The notes under the pieces are model-generated. The model worked only from the letters and a program-made list of their open reading frames with translations. It was not told where the DNA came from and did no database searches. A stretch of DNA of 64,000 bases from Cenococcum geophilum (Eukaryota), in contig CP158635.1 in assembly GCA_050273025.1 (NCBI GenBank), positions 1,488,001-1,552,000 on the forward strand. Direction: 5' to 3'. How positions within the stretch are numbered: position 1 is the stretch's first letter; each line of letters opens with the position of its first letter. The position numbers and the translations under genes were made by a program. This document shows, one piece after another, positions 26,501 through 38,596 of this stretch.

Positions 26501-27714
26501 CTAAAGTACAGCAACTTTGTAACTAAATGGTTTAACTGCTGAATCCTAACCTTAAGGCGGAGGCAAATGCTAATAAAGCAAAAATGTTGCAATATAAAAT
26601 CGTTAATTTTAAATCTAAACTTAAGAAAACCTAAGCCTAGCTAAAGAGTAGAGAACTTGTGGGCTCCTAATAGGCCTAAATAATTAATAACCTTGTATAC
26701 TAGATGGAAGAACTTCGGGCTACTACGTATTAGGAAACTCTTAAAGCCGTAGGCCGTGTTTTGGGAGTATAAGCTGGTTGGGAGAGAACCTGGCAATATT
26801 GCACCGTTACTAAAGAGACTAATAATAATATTGTTGTGCGTGAATCTGGTTTACTATAAAGAGAGAGCGCTACTGCCTAGCTTGCAGACATTAAAAAGAT
26901 TAGGTAGATAAAGTTTAGGGGCGGCAAGTACATCTTAGTTTTCTTAATTCAACTCGTTTATAGTTTTAGGTGCTGTTGGATAGACGTTCTAAAGGACAAG
27001 GAATATATAGCCAAATTTGTGCAATAGTGCACAGAATGCGCAGGAGATATGTATACTAGCCGCTTTAGTATTTTTTAGCTAGTTACGCCTAAGACCTAGA
27101 CCACAAATCTTAAGGATCTCTGCCTTAAGAATGGTGGTTGCTATTTCGGGGAATCGGCGGATATAGGGATGTTTGTAAACAGTGTTACTAAAATAGTAAA
27201 GAAATATCGCTTGGCGCTTATAAGAAATACAAATAAGGATGCGGAGGAGGTTGTTAACGAGTGGGACCGTCGCCTAATCGCACGTGGGAAATAATGGAAG
27301 CTAATGTTCTTAAATTAAGAGCTTAAGCCTATACTAGGACAGATGGAGTAGGAATTAGGCCTAAAGAACTCGGTAAAGGACTTGGATTTCTAGGTTGGTA
27401 AGGCGTTCCCTACGGTATCTACTACTGCTAGTAACGAAAGCGCTATTTAGGAAAGCTAGACCAATATTAATATTAATAAAAGGTAGAATAAGGCTTAAAA
27501 AGATAGGGCTATAATTAAAACCAGAAAGCTATAAGGGTCGCTACTGCCGTTACTGCCGCCATTGCCTAAGGGCAATTTTATATATAATACTTCAGGAAAT
27601 ACTTTAGAACTGTTAATGGAGCTTAATGACCTAAATAGTAATATTAGTATTGGTAGAAACTAGAACAAAGGACGGCTGCAGTTACTTAATACTAAAGACA
27701 GCAATGAATTGTAA
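23593..27714 (+). pseudogene. DUF3723-family protein relic with long coiled-coil C-terminal extension (Starship-associated family)
   Basis: KA*CFRGVIKINLRVLNF, LKNIFKRTSYD*L...FIKAIV, NCLNKLYRICATKQVLDLNN*WWTVKLYS (CLHG.HR...WWTV.LY), FRNEQPFLDGEIFYKILYY (NE.P.SDGEI.RKI..Y), LLVPYLISTLRSCFKNLKYLKPY, FCMRYFPKITSMAPKKE, YRCG*PF, ITLFYVKRDL. Heptad-rich 25500-26750. Confidence 0.82.
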
Positions 27715-29997
27715 ATAGGAAAAAAAATGTAAAATAGTATTAAAATAAAAGACTGTAGAGTATAAAAGTAGATTACTAACCTAGTAATAACAATTAGATC
27801 GTCTAAAATAAAATAAAAGAGCTGCCCAGTCCTTAGCTATCCCTAAGATGATGCGGAATTCTAATACTAAAACATTATAATAGTTACCCGGAACCTAATG
27901 GTCCTTTACTAGTCGCGGACATCTAATCTTAAATTGTAACGGTTTAACTTTAACAAATTAGTATAATGTAAATATACTAAAGACCCTACTTAATTATATG
28001 TGACTATCTATTATTTAAAACGAAACTGCTGGGTGTAAGAGCTAGGTTTAAAGGTCGGAGGTAGTAGTATTATCTAAAGCGAGTTAAATGACCGGGTTCT
28101 GTTTAATCCATCATTTATATACCGTATTGGTGATACGGACTTAGTGTAAACCCTATTTTAATGGCTAGGAGAGCAACTACTACGCTGCGCGTTTTTAATA
28201 AATCTGTTGGTAGGATATAACCTAGTAGAGAAAGACCCGTTTAAGTTAGGCGGACTTGCCCTTTATTATATGGCTATGCCTTAAGCTGCCCTAGCTATCT
28301 GAGCCTAGGTTATATTCTAAGGTTAGTTTTAACTAGCTGCAGCAGCGCAAGGCCTTTTTTTAACTTTATAGCTTAACTATCTGGTACCGGGTTAAAGGGC
28401 GTAGATAGATAGTAGCTGATTAAATATATCTTAGAATTGCTTATCCTCTTCTCTAATAGGCGTAAGATAGGGGAAGTCCTTATCGTCATTATTATCTTCT
28501 AAGAAGTCTTTATTTAGTTCCTAGTTAGGATCCTAGTTATCTCTCGTAATATTATTGCCCCTATTATAAGAACTAATGGGAAAGCTATTAAGGGGTTAGT
28601 TAAGTATGTTCTCGGTGAACCTAGAAGTCTGCATACCTTTATTAAGCTTATTAAAGCTAATATAACTGCCGTTAAAGCTTAGATTAAAGGAGGTTTAGGT
28701 TTACAACGTTATTATTATTAGGTAGGCTACCATTAAATCTCCGGTAAGGAGCCCTCCAGCTTCTTAAAACTTATTAATAGTTTAGTAGTTGGCTAGGTAG
28801 TAGTTCCGTAGATTATAGCGTTACTATATACTTTAGTTAGTAAGATATATTCTAGCAAAAACTTAAAGAAAACTAACTATCTTTTTTATGGATTTAGGCC
28901 AGTTCTTATTGGGGTAGGAATAAAAAATATGCTTAACTCTATTTCTTTTAATAATAAGGGCGAGTCTAGTATTAGGGACTCTTCTTATAAGCTTATAACA
29001 TTTCCTATTAATTCCTTCTTTACGGCGTTTAAAAAAATTTTATATTATAGATATTATAACGGGAACAGCTAAGGGTAGAGAGGAAAAAATACGTAAAGCT
29101 TAAATCTCGGTAGTGGTTAAATATTAATAAGTTAATGTAAAGTTAGCGGATAAGCTTATAAGGAGAATAGTAGACATTTATATATTACTGAATTCAGATT
29201 TTTCTACTAATACTAAGCTTTTTAAAACTATATATTCCAGTCTTGCGGATCTGGCTATGGAGTTAGGGGATATATTATAGCTCGCGCGTATAAGGACTAG
29301 TTAAAGGGTCTACGGAGAGTATCCTATAGTTAATTGTTTCTCTATAGAAGCTGTGTTTAATAAATACCAGTTTTATAGCTTTTAAACTTTTACTCTAATT
29401 AGCTGCGGCACTTAGTTAGGATTTTAATTATACTCTTACTGCCTATTAGCTTATGCTAACTGTTAGATATAAGCTCTTAATATATATACTATAAATTTAA
29501 CTGTCTGAAGGCTTACGCACGCTAGTAATACTTTCCCGCTCGGTTATGCCTTATTCTTCCCTAATGCTAATAAGAAGGGAGTAAGATAATAAACGTCCGT
29601 TAGATATACCTAAGTGGCGTACTCTAGATATAGCCCCCTTATTTACACGCGTTAGAAGGAATTAACGCTAGGGCTTTAGCGGTAAACTAATAAGCGGCTA
29701 GTTAGAAGGTATGCATGCTAAGAAAAGAAGGCGAAGCCGGATGCTAAGTAAGTTAAGTATTGGATTTTAAGGATTAGGGATTAGTAATCTTGGATACTAG
29801 ATTTAAGATTAATTATAAAATTGCAAATCGCCGATTCGCAAACCCCGCCTTCCTTAAAAACGGTTTCTAGATTTTAAAATCCATCTTTATATATTTTGAA
29901 ACCATCTGCGTAGGCTAAATTACGTAAGTAAAGTATATATCTAGGTACTAGTATATAACGTATATCTTGCCTAGGAAATTCAGCATTATAGAATACT

Positions 29998-31703
29998 ATG
30001 TAAATAATTATAATTTTCCTCATCTCCCTTGGAGCCGTATTTGGAGTATTTACTTTATAGAAGCTTTTATAGCTAATTAATATACCTACCCGTAAGTTAA
30101 TCTTCTCTTTTCTTTATAAAAGACTTAATTACACGTTAGTTATTAAGCGTTAAAAAGGAAGCTCTAATATAAGCGTACTTATAGCGATTCTTATTCTTCT
30201 TTATGTTATAGCGAATATTATTATCTATACTCTTGGAATTTTAGGCCGCGCCGAGTTGGCGAAACGTTGTGGCTCTCTTTTTGTTATTAACATAATCCCG
30301 CTATATCTTAGTAGCAGGACCAGTCTAATTGGTAATAAAGTCCTTTATCTAAATCTAAGCTAATACGGCCTACTTTACCGCTAGGTAGGCCGTGTTTGCG
30401 TAATTTAAGGTCTTATATATAGTTTTACTAACTTCTCGGTAGTTCTTAGTTCCGCTTAGGAAATATTAGTTCGTCACTTTATACCATACTTGCTCTTATA
30501 CTAAAAGAATACTAGCTTATTTTAGTTGTTACATTACTTAGTAAACTATCCGTATTATATTTCCGGCGCTATACGTACAAAGTATTCCTTAAATTATACT
30601 TAGTCTCCGCGATTGCGCTTGTAGGTATACTATGGGTTTATATCGGGTTAAGGAAGACTCTACTAGTAATTTATCTCTTAATCAGCTCTACGTTATAGCT
30701 TATTTATTATATAATCTAGCTTATCCGTTTATGCTTTTAAAACTATAGCTTTAGTCTAGCTAATAAAGTTACTATAAAAAGTTTTCTATATTAGTTAGAC
30801 TCTATATAGGCCACGTAGGTATTAATTACTCTTAAAAAACTGTAGAAAGTCATACCTGGGGAATATATATATCTTATATTGCTAGGCATTGCTCGCTACT
30901 CTGGTGGATTTTTTTAAGCTTATTTATACTTAATTGTATGGTATTCGCAAGACTCTAATAAGGCCGGTACCACTATTACCCTCTTAGTATAAAGGTGTAA
31001 AGGTTTTAGTAATGCACTAATGATAATACTAAGCCAGTTATCTGCAATTATTAATGGCCCGTATAGTTAAATATAGAGTTTAGATAAGTTTAATAAAGTT
31101 CTTTTTGTTATAAGTGGAGTTAGAATCGCCGCTTATCTGCTTTTAGCTAAGTACCTCCTTAAAGCTTATAAAGATTGTAGCGCTCGTGTACGTAGACTTT
31201 TATTAGTGTAGTTCTTAGAGATATTAGGTGAAACTTTAATGCCTTATTTATATTACTTCTAACCTTCCTTAATAGATTAAGAGGCCTAGGCTAGCTAGTT
31301 CCTACGTCTTTTACTTAAGATGGATAGCCGGGGGATTTTTACTGTTGCTTTTTTTATTCCGAATGTAACGCAAGGGTTAACGGCTAACCTTTAGATAGTA
31401 TCGCCGCCGGCGCGCAATCGCTTATTTAGGATGGATAGATTGTTAGATCTGCCCTAGTACGTTAAAAATAAATAGTTAGTAGAGGCTGGTAATATGGCAA
31501 TCTCTAGTAAGTGTGCCTATTTACGGGGTTTCTCCTCTACTAATATTACTATAGTTTGTGGGACTTCTACTTTTGAAAGCGTAGTAAGGAAGGCGGTACG
31601 CTTATGCTAGTAAGATATATGCATTTTTAATATTGGATTCTAGCTAGAAGAGACGGCTATAAGTAAATTAGCATTAATGAGATATATTTTTAAGAAATGG
31701 TAG
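29998..31703 (+). pseudogene. Ferric reductase-like transmembrane (FRE/NOX-type) protein relic
   Basis: AKRCGSLFVINIIPLYLSSRT (N..PL.LGGRT), YGLLYR*VGRVCVI*GLIY (H.WVG....QG..H), IPGEYIYL, FF*AYLYLIVW (QAHPY.IAW), IINGPYS (DGPYG), KVLFVISGVRIAAYL (SG.GIA), RRLLLV* (LVW), VCGT, IGF*LEE. Several GT-AG introns. Confidence 0.85.
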
Positions 31704-34700
31704 GCTAGATAAGACTGAAGCGTGTTATATATAGGAAATAATTAAATTGCTTAATAGTAACTAGAAATACTTAGCGATTGTTTAGAAACTGTTAAAGTAC
31801 TATAGGAGAAAGTTCTGTTCCCAAATTATTTAGGCCTAAGCCTACTACACTCTATATATTTGGGGGTGATCTCTACTTCTCTTTCGCTTTTGAAGATTTG
31901 CCGTTAATCTCCTTTTTACTACTTTTATTAATAGCGTTTTGTGGGGTTAATCTAAGTCCCTTCTATATTCCACTCTTATCTACTAAAGCTATAAGTGTTT
32001 TTCTATCTTTCTTCTTAAGCGCCTCTCTAAGCTCTTAAAACCTTATAATATGCTTAATAAACTTACTAAGATTGTTTTTATAATAAGATCTAAGTTTATA
32101 GGACATTAGGTTGGTTATAGGCTCTTTAATAGGCTTTTAGCATAAAACCGCCACTCTACCTATAATGTAAACCGAGTAATACCATAAATTCTTATTTCTC
32201 TCTGTGGCTCTAATGCTCGTTAGCCTAGGCTTCCACTCCACCTAGTATTTGAGTGCACTGTTTTTAGTTACGCCTTTTAAAATTTAGTTTGGTCTTCTTA
32301 GGAATCTAGTAAGCTGTCCGTCTTCGTTTTTATAATCTAAGCTGTTATTAAAAACATCCGTAAAGTAGGCCTTATTGTCACCTACTTAGCTATTAGTGTA
32401 ATTGAAAAATCTATAATTATCCGGCTATCTTACTAGGAGGTATTAGAGAAACGTCCTTAATACTAGCGATTATATTCGCGGGGTTAGACGAGCCTATTAT
32501 TAGGTGAGAAGATTAATAATCTAAACTTGATATATAGGGCTAGCCTTACTATAGCTTTCCGTATAGTCTATTCCTAAAATATACATATCCTTATACTCTT
32601 GGGTGTTGTAGGGATACGAAATTTCTATTCCGGATGTTTAGGTAGGCGAAGATAGTATTCCTACCTGTCTAGAATTAGACGGCTATAAGTGGTCCTTAAC
32701 TGGAGAAAGCATAGCTGGTAAGAGCTTAGGGCTAGTATAAAAGAATTAAGAATTATAAGTGTTATAGAGCAAAAAAAAACTGCGCGATAGCGCCCTTTAT
32801 ACCCTTATAGGATTAACGCTAGAAGCACAGTTCTAATCTAAAAATATTAAACTATGTAAGCTACTTCGCCGCAATACTAAGTCATATTAATAGTTATAGG
32901 ATAATCTCTTTACCGCCTGTGGCTTCCGGGTATTTAGGGGGCTAATACCTCTACTAGCATCTAGTGTCTAAGCCCCTTCTTATAATATTAAATAAATCCC
33001 CTATTTAATTCTAGGTGTAAAACTTAGCTTAGCCGGATTATCAACTTTAAACGATAATTAACTATTAGGGCTATCCCTAAACACTAGTATATAGAAGCCC
33101 TTATCCGGTTCTAGATAGAGTGAGAACTATATTCCTAAACTTTTTCTTAGTTACGCCAGAGGTGGCTAAATACGCAGCAGCTTTATCTCCTAACTCCTTA
33201 CTTATACTGTATGCCTTAGAAACTATAGCATAGCGCTTAGAAAGTGGCATTGCTTTTACCCACGTTATATAGATTTAGGTAAAAATATTAATCTTAGAGT
33301 AACTTACACGATTCTGGCTAATAAATTTATATAAACTTCTCTAGCTACTAAAGTGTGCGGTGTTTATATAAGCTTCTTTATGTTAATGCTAACGAGAGCT
33401 AGAGTACTAAGACTACTTATAATTTAATAAGTAATAATAGCTAAGTACTGCTTATAAAGCTAGAGACTGGTGTATTAGTTCTTCCACACTAATATAATAT
33501 GTTTTAGTTAGGTATTTATATTTAGTAATAGCTTAGCCAATTATTACCCCTAGTAATGCCTCCTCTAACCTAAATAGCTACTGTTAGATTTAGTTTAGTA
33601 GCTTGCACTTTTAGGTATAGAGCGTATACTAAGTAAGGAGTAATTATAGCTAATGGATATTATGCGCTAGCTAAAGGGTAAAGGGGCCACTAATATACTT
33701 CGCCTCGTTTAGGCAATATTAATCTCCCTTTCTAAACTTAGTCTTAGCTTAGCTAAGCAGTAGAGGAAATATTATAAAGGTGGCATTTGCCTTACCTCTA
33801 AATGTCCTTAGATTAAGCTACCTTTTCCCTAGATACTAAGCCTCGCTAAAATATAGTTCTTTTCTATACTTGTTAAATAAGTCCTATTATATATATACCT
33901 TAGATAAACCTAAATTAGATTACTAATAATTCTCGTAGGTCTATAGGTAGAGCTTAGGAGACAATCTGTATATACCACCCTAGCGTTTTATATTTTATAC
34001 CTTATAATTAAGAATAGAAAGAGGATAGTGATAAAAATAGTAATAAAGAGACGGTAGTTTTAAACGATAGTAATAAGCTATAGACTTCTGGCCACCCTAT
34101 TAATAGATTGCGCTAAAGTAACCCAGTAGAAGGGCGAATTAATATTACTAATATTAATAAACCGAGCCAGAGTGACGCTAATGGATTATTAAGTAATAAT
34201 AGAGAACTTGGGATTTGGCGTAATTTAGTAGGCAAGACTTTATAAGTGTAATGCTATATAGAAAAATAAAGTAGAAATTTAATAAGAAACTGTAGAACGC
34301 CTATAGAATGCCTAGTGGTCTGTCTGCGTTCTAAAACCCACGCTTTTATCTTTTTTAGCTTGACCTCTTCCGAGCTTTATATAATTTACGATAATCTCTT
34401 AAATCCCTTAACACGGGTAGAAGATTTTATTTACCGTATTATTAATAAAGGACAACTAATATATAATAATAACCCTAAACTCTACGAGTTTCTTTCCGAG
34501 CTTAAACACTTATATCCTAAGCAAGTACTAATAGTGTTTAAGGTTAGTAGGCTTATGGATTTATATATTAAAGAATTAAAGAATAATGTCTAGTATATAC
34601 TCTTTAGCGCTTATTCCATCTATTATAATTTGCTAAGTGGGATTATATACCTCTACTAGTGTAGTAGGAAAGGGTTAGGAGGAAGTATAATAGGACTTCT

Positions 34701-35720
34701 ACTTGTCGCCAAATTCGTTGAGCTTCTCTTATGGGAATTTCTCCAGTTCTTTAAGCCTGTAGGATCTATTATATGGGAACTTATCCGGCATACTAGGTTT
34801 ATAGGGCTCTTTATACGGAAACAGCTTCTTCTTTATAGTGTTGAAGTCATTTTTATTTTTATATATCTACTATTGGTACTTTCTTAGGACCTGCTTTATG
34901 CCTATACTTACTAGAATAGTTTTTCAATTACTACCCTTTTCTTTCAAAGAAGCTTCTTAAATTAGGGCCTAAAAAACATATCTACTAATCCCTTTTGTAA
35001 GTGACTTAAAAATCGTCTTGCCCTTTATTAAGGGTTTTAATATTATGTAATTAGTTAGATATAGAAGACTATTAGAGGTATAACTGTTACTATTAATAGA
35101 AGTACTTTCTCCGTTGCCTCTATTTTTTAGTTCTCGGCCAAAATATAGCTGTCTTTTAATCGTATCTAAGCTTTTTATAACATAATTGTGATGCTATTAC
35201 TTTATGCCACGAAGCTTCTGGATTTCTATACGCAAAGAGCGTATAACTATAGTTTATTTAGTAAGTATATTAACCTTACTTTCCTATAGTACTTGCCTTC
35301 GCTGTTAAGACTATCTTTATGCTGTAGTAAGTTAGTTGTGTCTATTTTAAACCGTATATAGTAGACCCTATAGCTGTAGTGCTGTTTATATAAATGTAGA
35401 AAGCGACAAGTTTTATACGTTGTTTTTTTTAAAAAAAAAACGAAAAGTAATAGCGTTTTATTTACCTAAAATATGATTTTGGGTTTCTAATTTCTGCTTT
35501 ACTAATCCTTACCTGGTTTTAGACTTTAGTTAAAGTTAGTTTTCCATTTTAAGTTTCTGGTTAGGATCTAGGTTTTCAGTTATTAGTTAAGCGAATTAAT
35601 AGGCAGTTTCCTGTAGGGGCTCTTATCGTATATAGCTTTTTTTAGCACGTGGGCTTGTTCCCTTGCGGGCTTATTTCCTATATTAGCAATTATACTAATG
35701 TGTTTACGCCCCTCGTGGGC

Positions 35721-35924
35721 TTAGAGCCCGTGTGGTTTACTTACCCGTATAGGAATTTGTTACGTATGGCTTATTTTAGCGTATGGACTTCTTTCCCCTG
35801 CTAGCGTATGCCCCGCATTAACTTAGAGCCCGCGTAGTCCACTCGCCTATATGGGAATTTGTTGTATACGGCTTGTTTTAGCGTATAGACTTCTTTCCCC
35901 TACTAGCGTATACCCCGCATTAAC
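35721..35924. repeat. Direct tandem duplication, 2 x 102 bp
   Basis: TTAGAGCCCG...CCCCGCATTAAC starts at 35721 and again at 35823. The differences are transitions. Confidence 0.9.
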
Positions 35925-37953
35925 TGATAATCACGCGATTACGTAACCCGTGCGGGCTATAAGCCTATAGACGCTACTTTCTCGGGCGGGATAGTTGGGC
36001 TTAGGGGCTAGGCTTGGCGTTTATAACCTACTATAAAGCTACTATAAGGGCTTTTTGCCCCTATAGGAGCGGAATTAAATTATTTAGGGACTACTCCTCT
36101 ATTTTTATAATACTAGGGAAATTATCTATTCCCCGCCTTGCCCCAACCCCTTAATTTAAAAAATAAGTCCATTAAGATAACTTATATTACGATATTTGAA
36201 TAAGTCTTCTAGTAGTTTAAAGCCCCGACTAATACATAGTCTAGGGTAAACCTCCTAGTACCTCTCTATAGTAATGCCGCTGAATCCTACTAACGGAGGG
36301 TATAAGGTTTAACTTTAGTAAATCACTTAGTGTTAAATACTAGCGGGTCTAGAGCATACTAAAAATACTTAAGCTATAGCTTAAGTAACGAAAATGGAAG
36401 GTTAGTAAGGAATAAGTGGCGCTACTAGCGCTTTAAGTAAAGACTAATAATGCTATTATTTGTAACTGGTTATATAGTTCGGTTAAAATATATCTTATTA
36501 GCGAGTTTAAAGGTCGCTTTGGCCGGTAAGTAGGATCGGAAGAGAACGCTATTTAATGTAATATTAGCGGCTATCTTAGCGTGCCTTATAGTCTACGCTG
36601 TGGCTAAATGAGGAGGTTGCATGCTACTTGTATATTATTATATATTTTAAGCGCCTAAGACTATAAAGCAGGGAAGGGATATAGAGACCCTAGATTCTGG
36701 CGCTAAAGAGGTATAATTTAAGCATTCAAAACGCTAGGGGTAATTAAGCTGCATCGTTATAAGGGTTCTAGCCTAGTAGAAGCTATAGTCGTATATGCCG
36801 ATTAAGTGATATATTTTTTAATTCGAGCCTATAAATAAATGCAATATTATTAAAAATCGGTCACTATTAGCTGCTGCTTGTGGCACAATTCTATTTAAAA
36901 TCAATTAAAAGCTAGAATTTCTTTGCCTTAGAACCTCCCCATACTTAAGAGTAACTTATATAGATTAGCTATATTCGTTTTAGATAAGTAAGGATTTTAT
37001 AAATTCTCCTATTAATACTGTTTACCTTACTTAAGTTGTAGCCGATATAGATTATACCTAAAGCCTTTTTGAACCTATTATCAAACTTAACGTGTATTAC
37101 TGTTAGATGTGTTTCTATACTTATACGCTTAAAGAAGAGCTTGTTAGAGATCGTGTTACTATTATATCTCTATAAGATAAGCAGTTAAGAACTAAGTTAT
37201 AGTTTTAGGACTTTTAGCTGCAAACTTAGCGTAAACTTAAAATGATTAAGATAAAGCTTAATGAAAACGATAAAGTTGTTAAATACACGAAACTTGCTAT
37301 AGAAAGACTAGGATAAGCGATAAAGCGAATTACTATGGAATAGGAGTGGAAGAAAGAGGATAATACTTTAAGAGCCCTTATAAGCCTCGGATTAGCTCTG
37401 CTAAAGTATCCTCTAGTATTAGAGTTAATAGGAGCAGATGGTTAGACTTTCTTATATCTTTACTAGTTATAAACTAACCTTATATTAGAGTACGATTTTA
37501 TAACAAAAGAGGGAGATGCTAGAACACTCCCTAGTTATCTACTTTATAATAATGTTATCCTTAATTCTGGAACCACTATACACGCTATTAATAATCGATT
37601 GAGATTTGTTGACGAGCTCTGGCTAAGTAATAACTTTATATACGCTGGAACGGGCCTAGATTTAATTAAGGACTTTAGAACTGCTAAGATTATAATTTAG
37701 ATACTAGACGGAACTAGAAGAATCCAGTTTAAGAATATAGCGTATATACCGAACTTTTATATAAGCCTAGTTTATTTTTAAAAGTTTAATAAATATAGAG
37801 TCTTTTGGGACAATAAGAATAACTTACTATACTATAGCGATTAATAGACGTACGCCTATTGCGGTTAGTATAGTAATTAGTTAACCCTTAAATATTATAA
37901 GCTTAAGCTAAGGGCCCTTAAGGAAGAGCTAATAAAAAGCTTAAAAAAGGAAG

Positions 37954-38161
37954 TGTTAACCTAAATTAGGTTTGCTTACCACCGTCTTACTACTATCTTT
38001 ATTGCCTACTACCCTATAACCTACTACCCTGCTGCTTACTACCTTATAACTTACTACCTATTTCTATTCCTTATATCTTCCTTATATATATATAGAGGCC
38101 CTAGAGCCATGTTTAATAAATAGAATTATTAATTTTTTATCTCTTAATCTCACGATTGACA
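37954..38161 (+). mobile_element. Solo LTR (208 bp) with 5-bp TSD GGAAG, inserted in the Copia remnant
   Basis: GGAAG(37949-37953)|TGTTAA...TTGACA|GGAAG(38162-38166). Internal TATATA-GAGGCCCTAGAGCC box shared with the LTR at 38408. Confidence 0.88.
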
Positions 38162-38407
38162 GGAAGAATTAAGGTCAATTAGACGCCTATATCTAGTATG
38201 GCTGCGGACGATTTAATGAAGGCTCTACTATATTAAAAGAATGAGGTGTTTGTTCGCAAATTGAATCTAGTTAATATTGAGGAAAGGAATAAATTTAAGG
38301 GACGTTTAATTAAGAGCTCTTAGGGGTATATTTAACTTAACACCAAATTAATATCGCGACTTTTTGTACCTTTTTTACAGCTTGGAAGGCTCTGTATAGC
38401 TGGGGGG

Positions 38408-38596
38408 TGTTGACCTGCGAAACTTTAGACGTTGTATTAGTCCTTAATTAAACGACTAATATGTGAAGCTCTAACTAATTAACTAAATATGTTGTAGATT
38501 ATACGAAGCTAATGATGACTTCTTGGTGTATATATAGAGGCTCTAGAGCCACGTTTAATGTAGTAGAGTTCTTATTCTTAATCTGACCGTTTAATA
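38408..38596 (+). mobile_element. 3' LTR of the Copia remnant (about 189 bp)
   Basis: Starts TGTTGA directly after the G6 PPT, ends TTAATA (RIP of TCAACA), contains TATATATAGAGGCTCTAGAGCC. Confidence 0.75.

Larger units (their letters stand above)
37520..38596 (+). mobile_element. Ty1/Copia retrotransposon remnant: protease, RNase H C-terminus, PPT and 3' LTR; integrase and RT deleted
   Basis: YLLYNNVILNSGTTIHAINNRLRF (ILDSG.TIH..NDR.RF), IYAGTG, NIAYIPNFYISLV, then KGRIKVN*TPISSMAADDLMKALLY*KNEVFVRKLNLVNI (W.PT..M.ADGLTKAL). GGGGGG PPT at 38402-38407 abuts TGTTGA. Confidence 0.8.

Noticed and set aside
31850..32720. Chromodomain-like KY*VEWKP in a minus-strand relic
   Set aside because: Single short motif without the downstream TWE/P element; insufficient support.
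35418..35442. T8/A10 near-palindrome as an element terminus
   Set aside because: No TSD, matching end or compositional boundary; homopolymer juxtaposition is common in AT-rich DNA.
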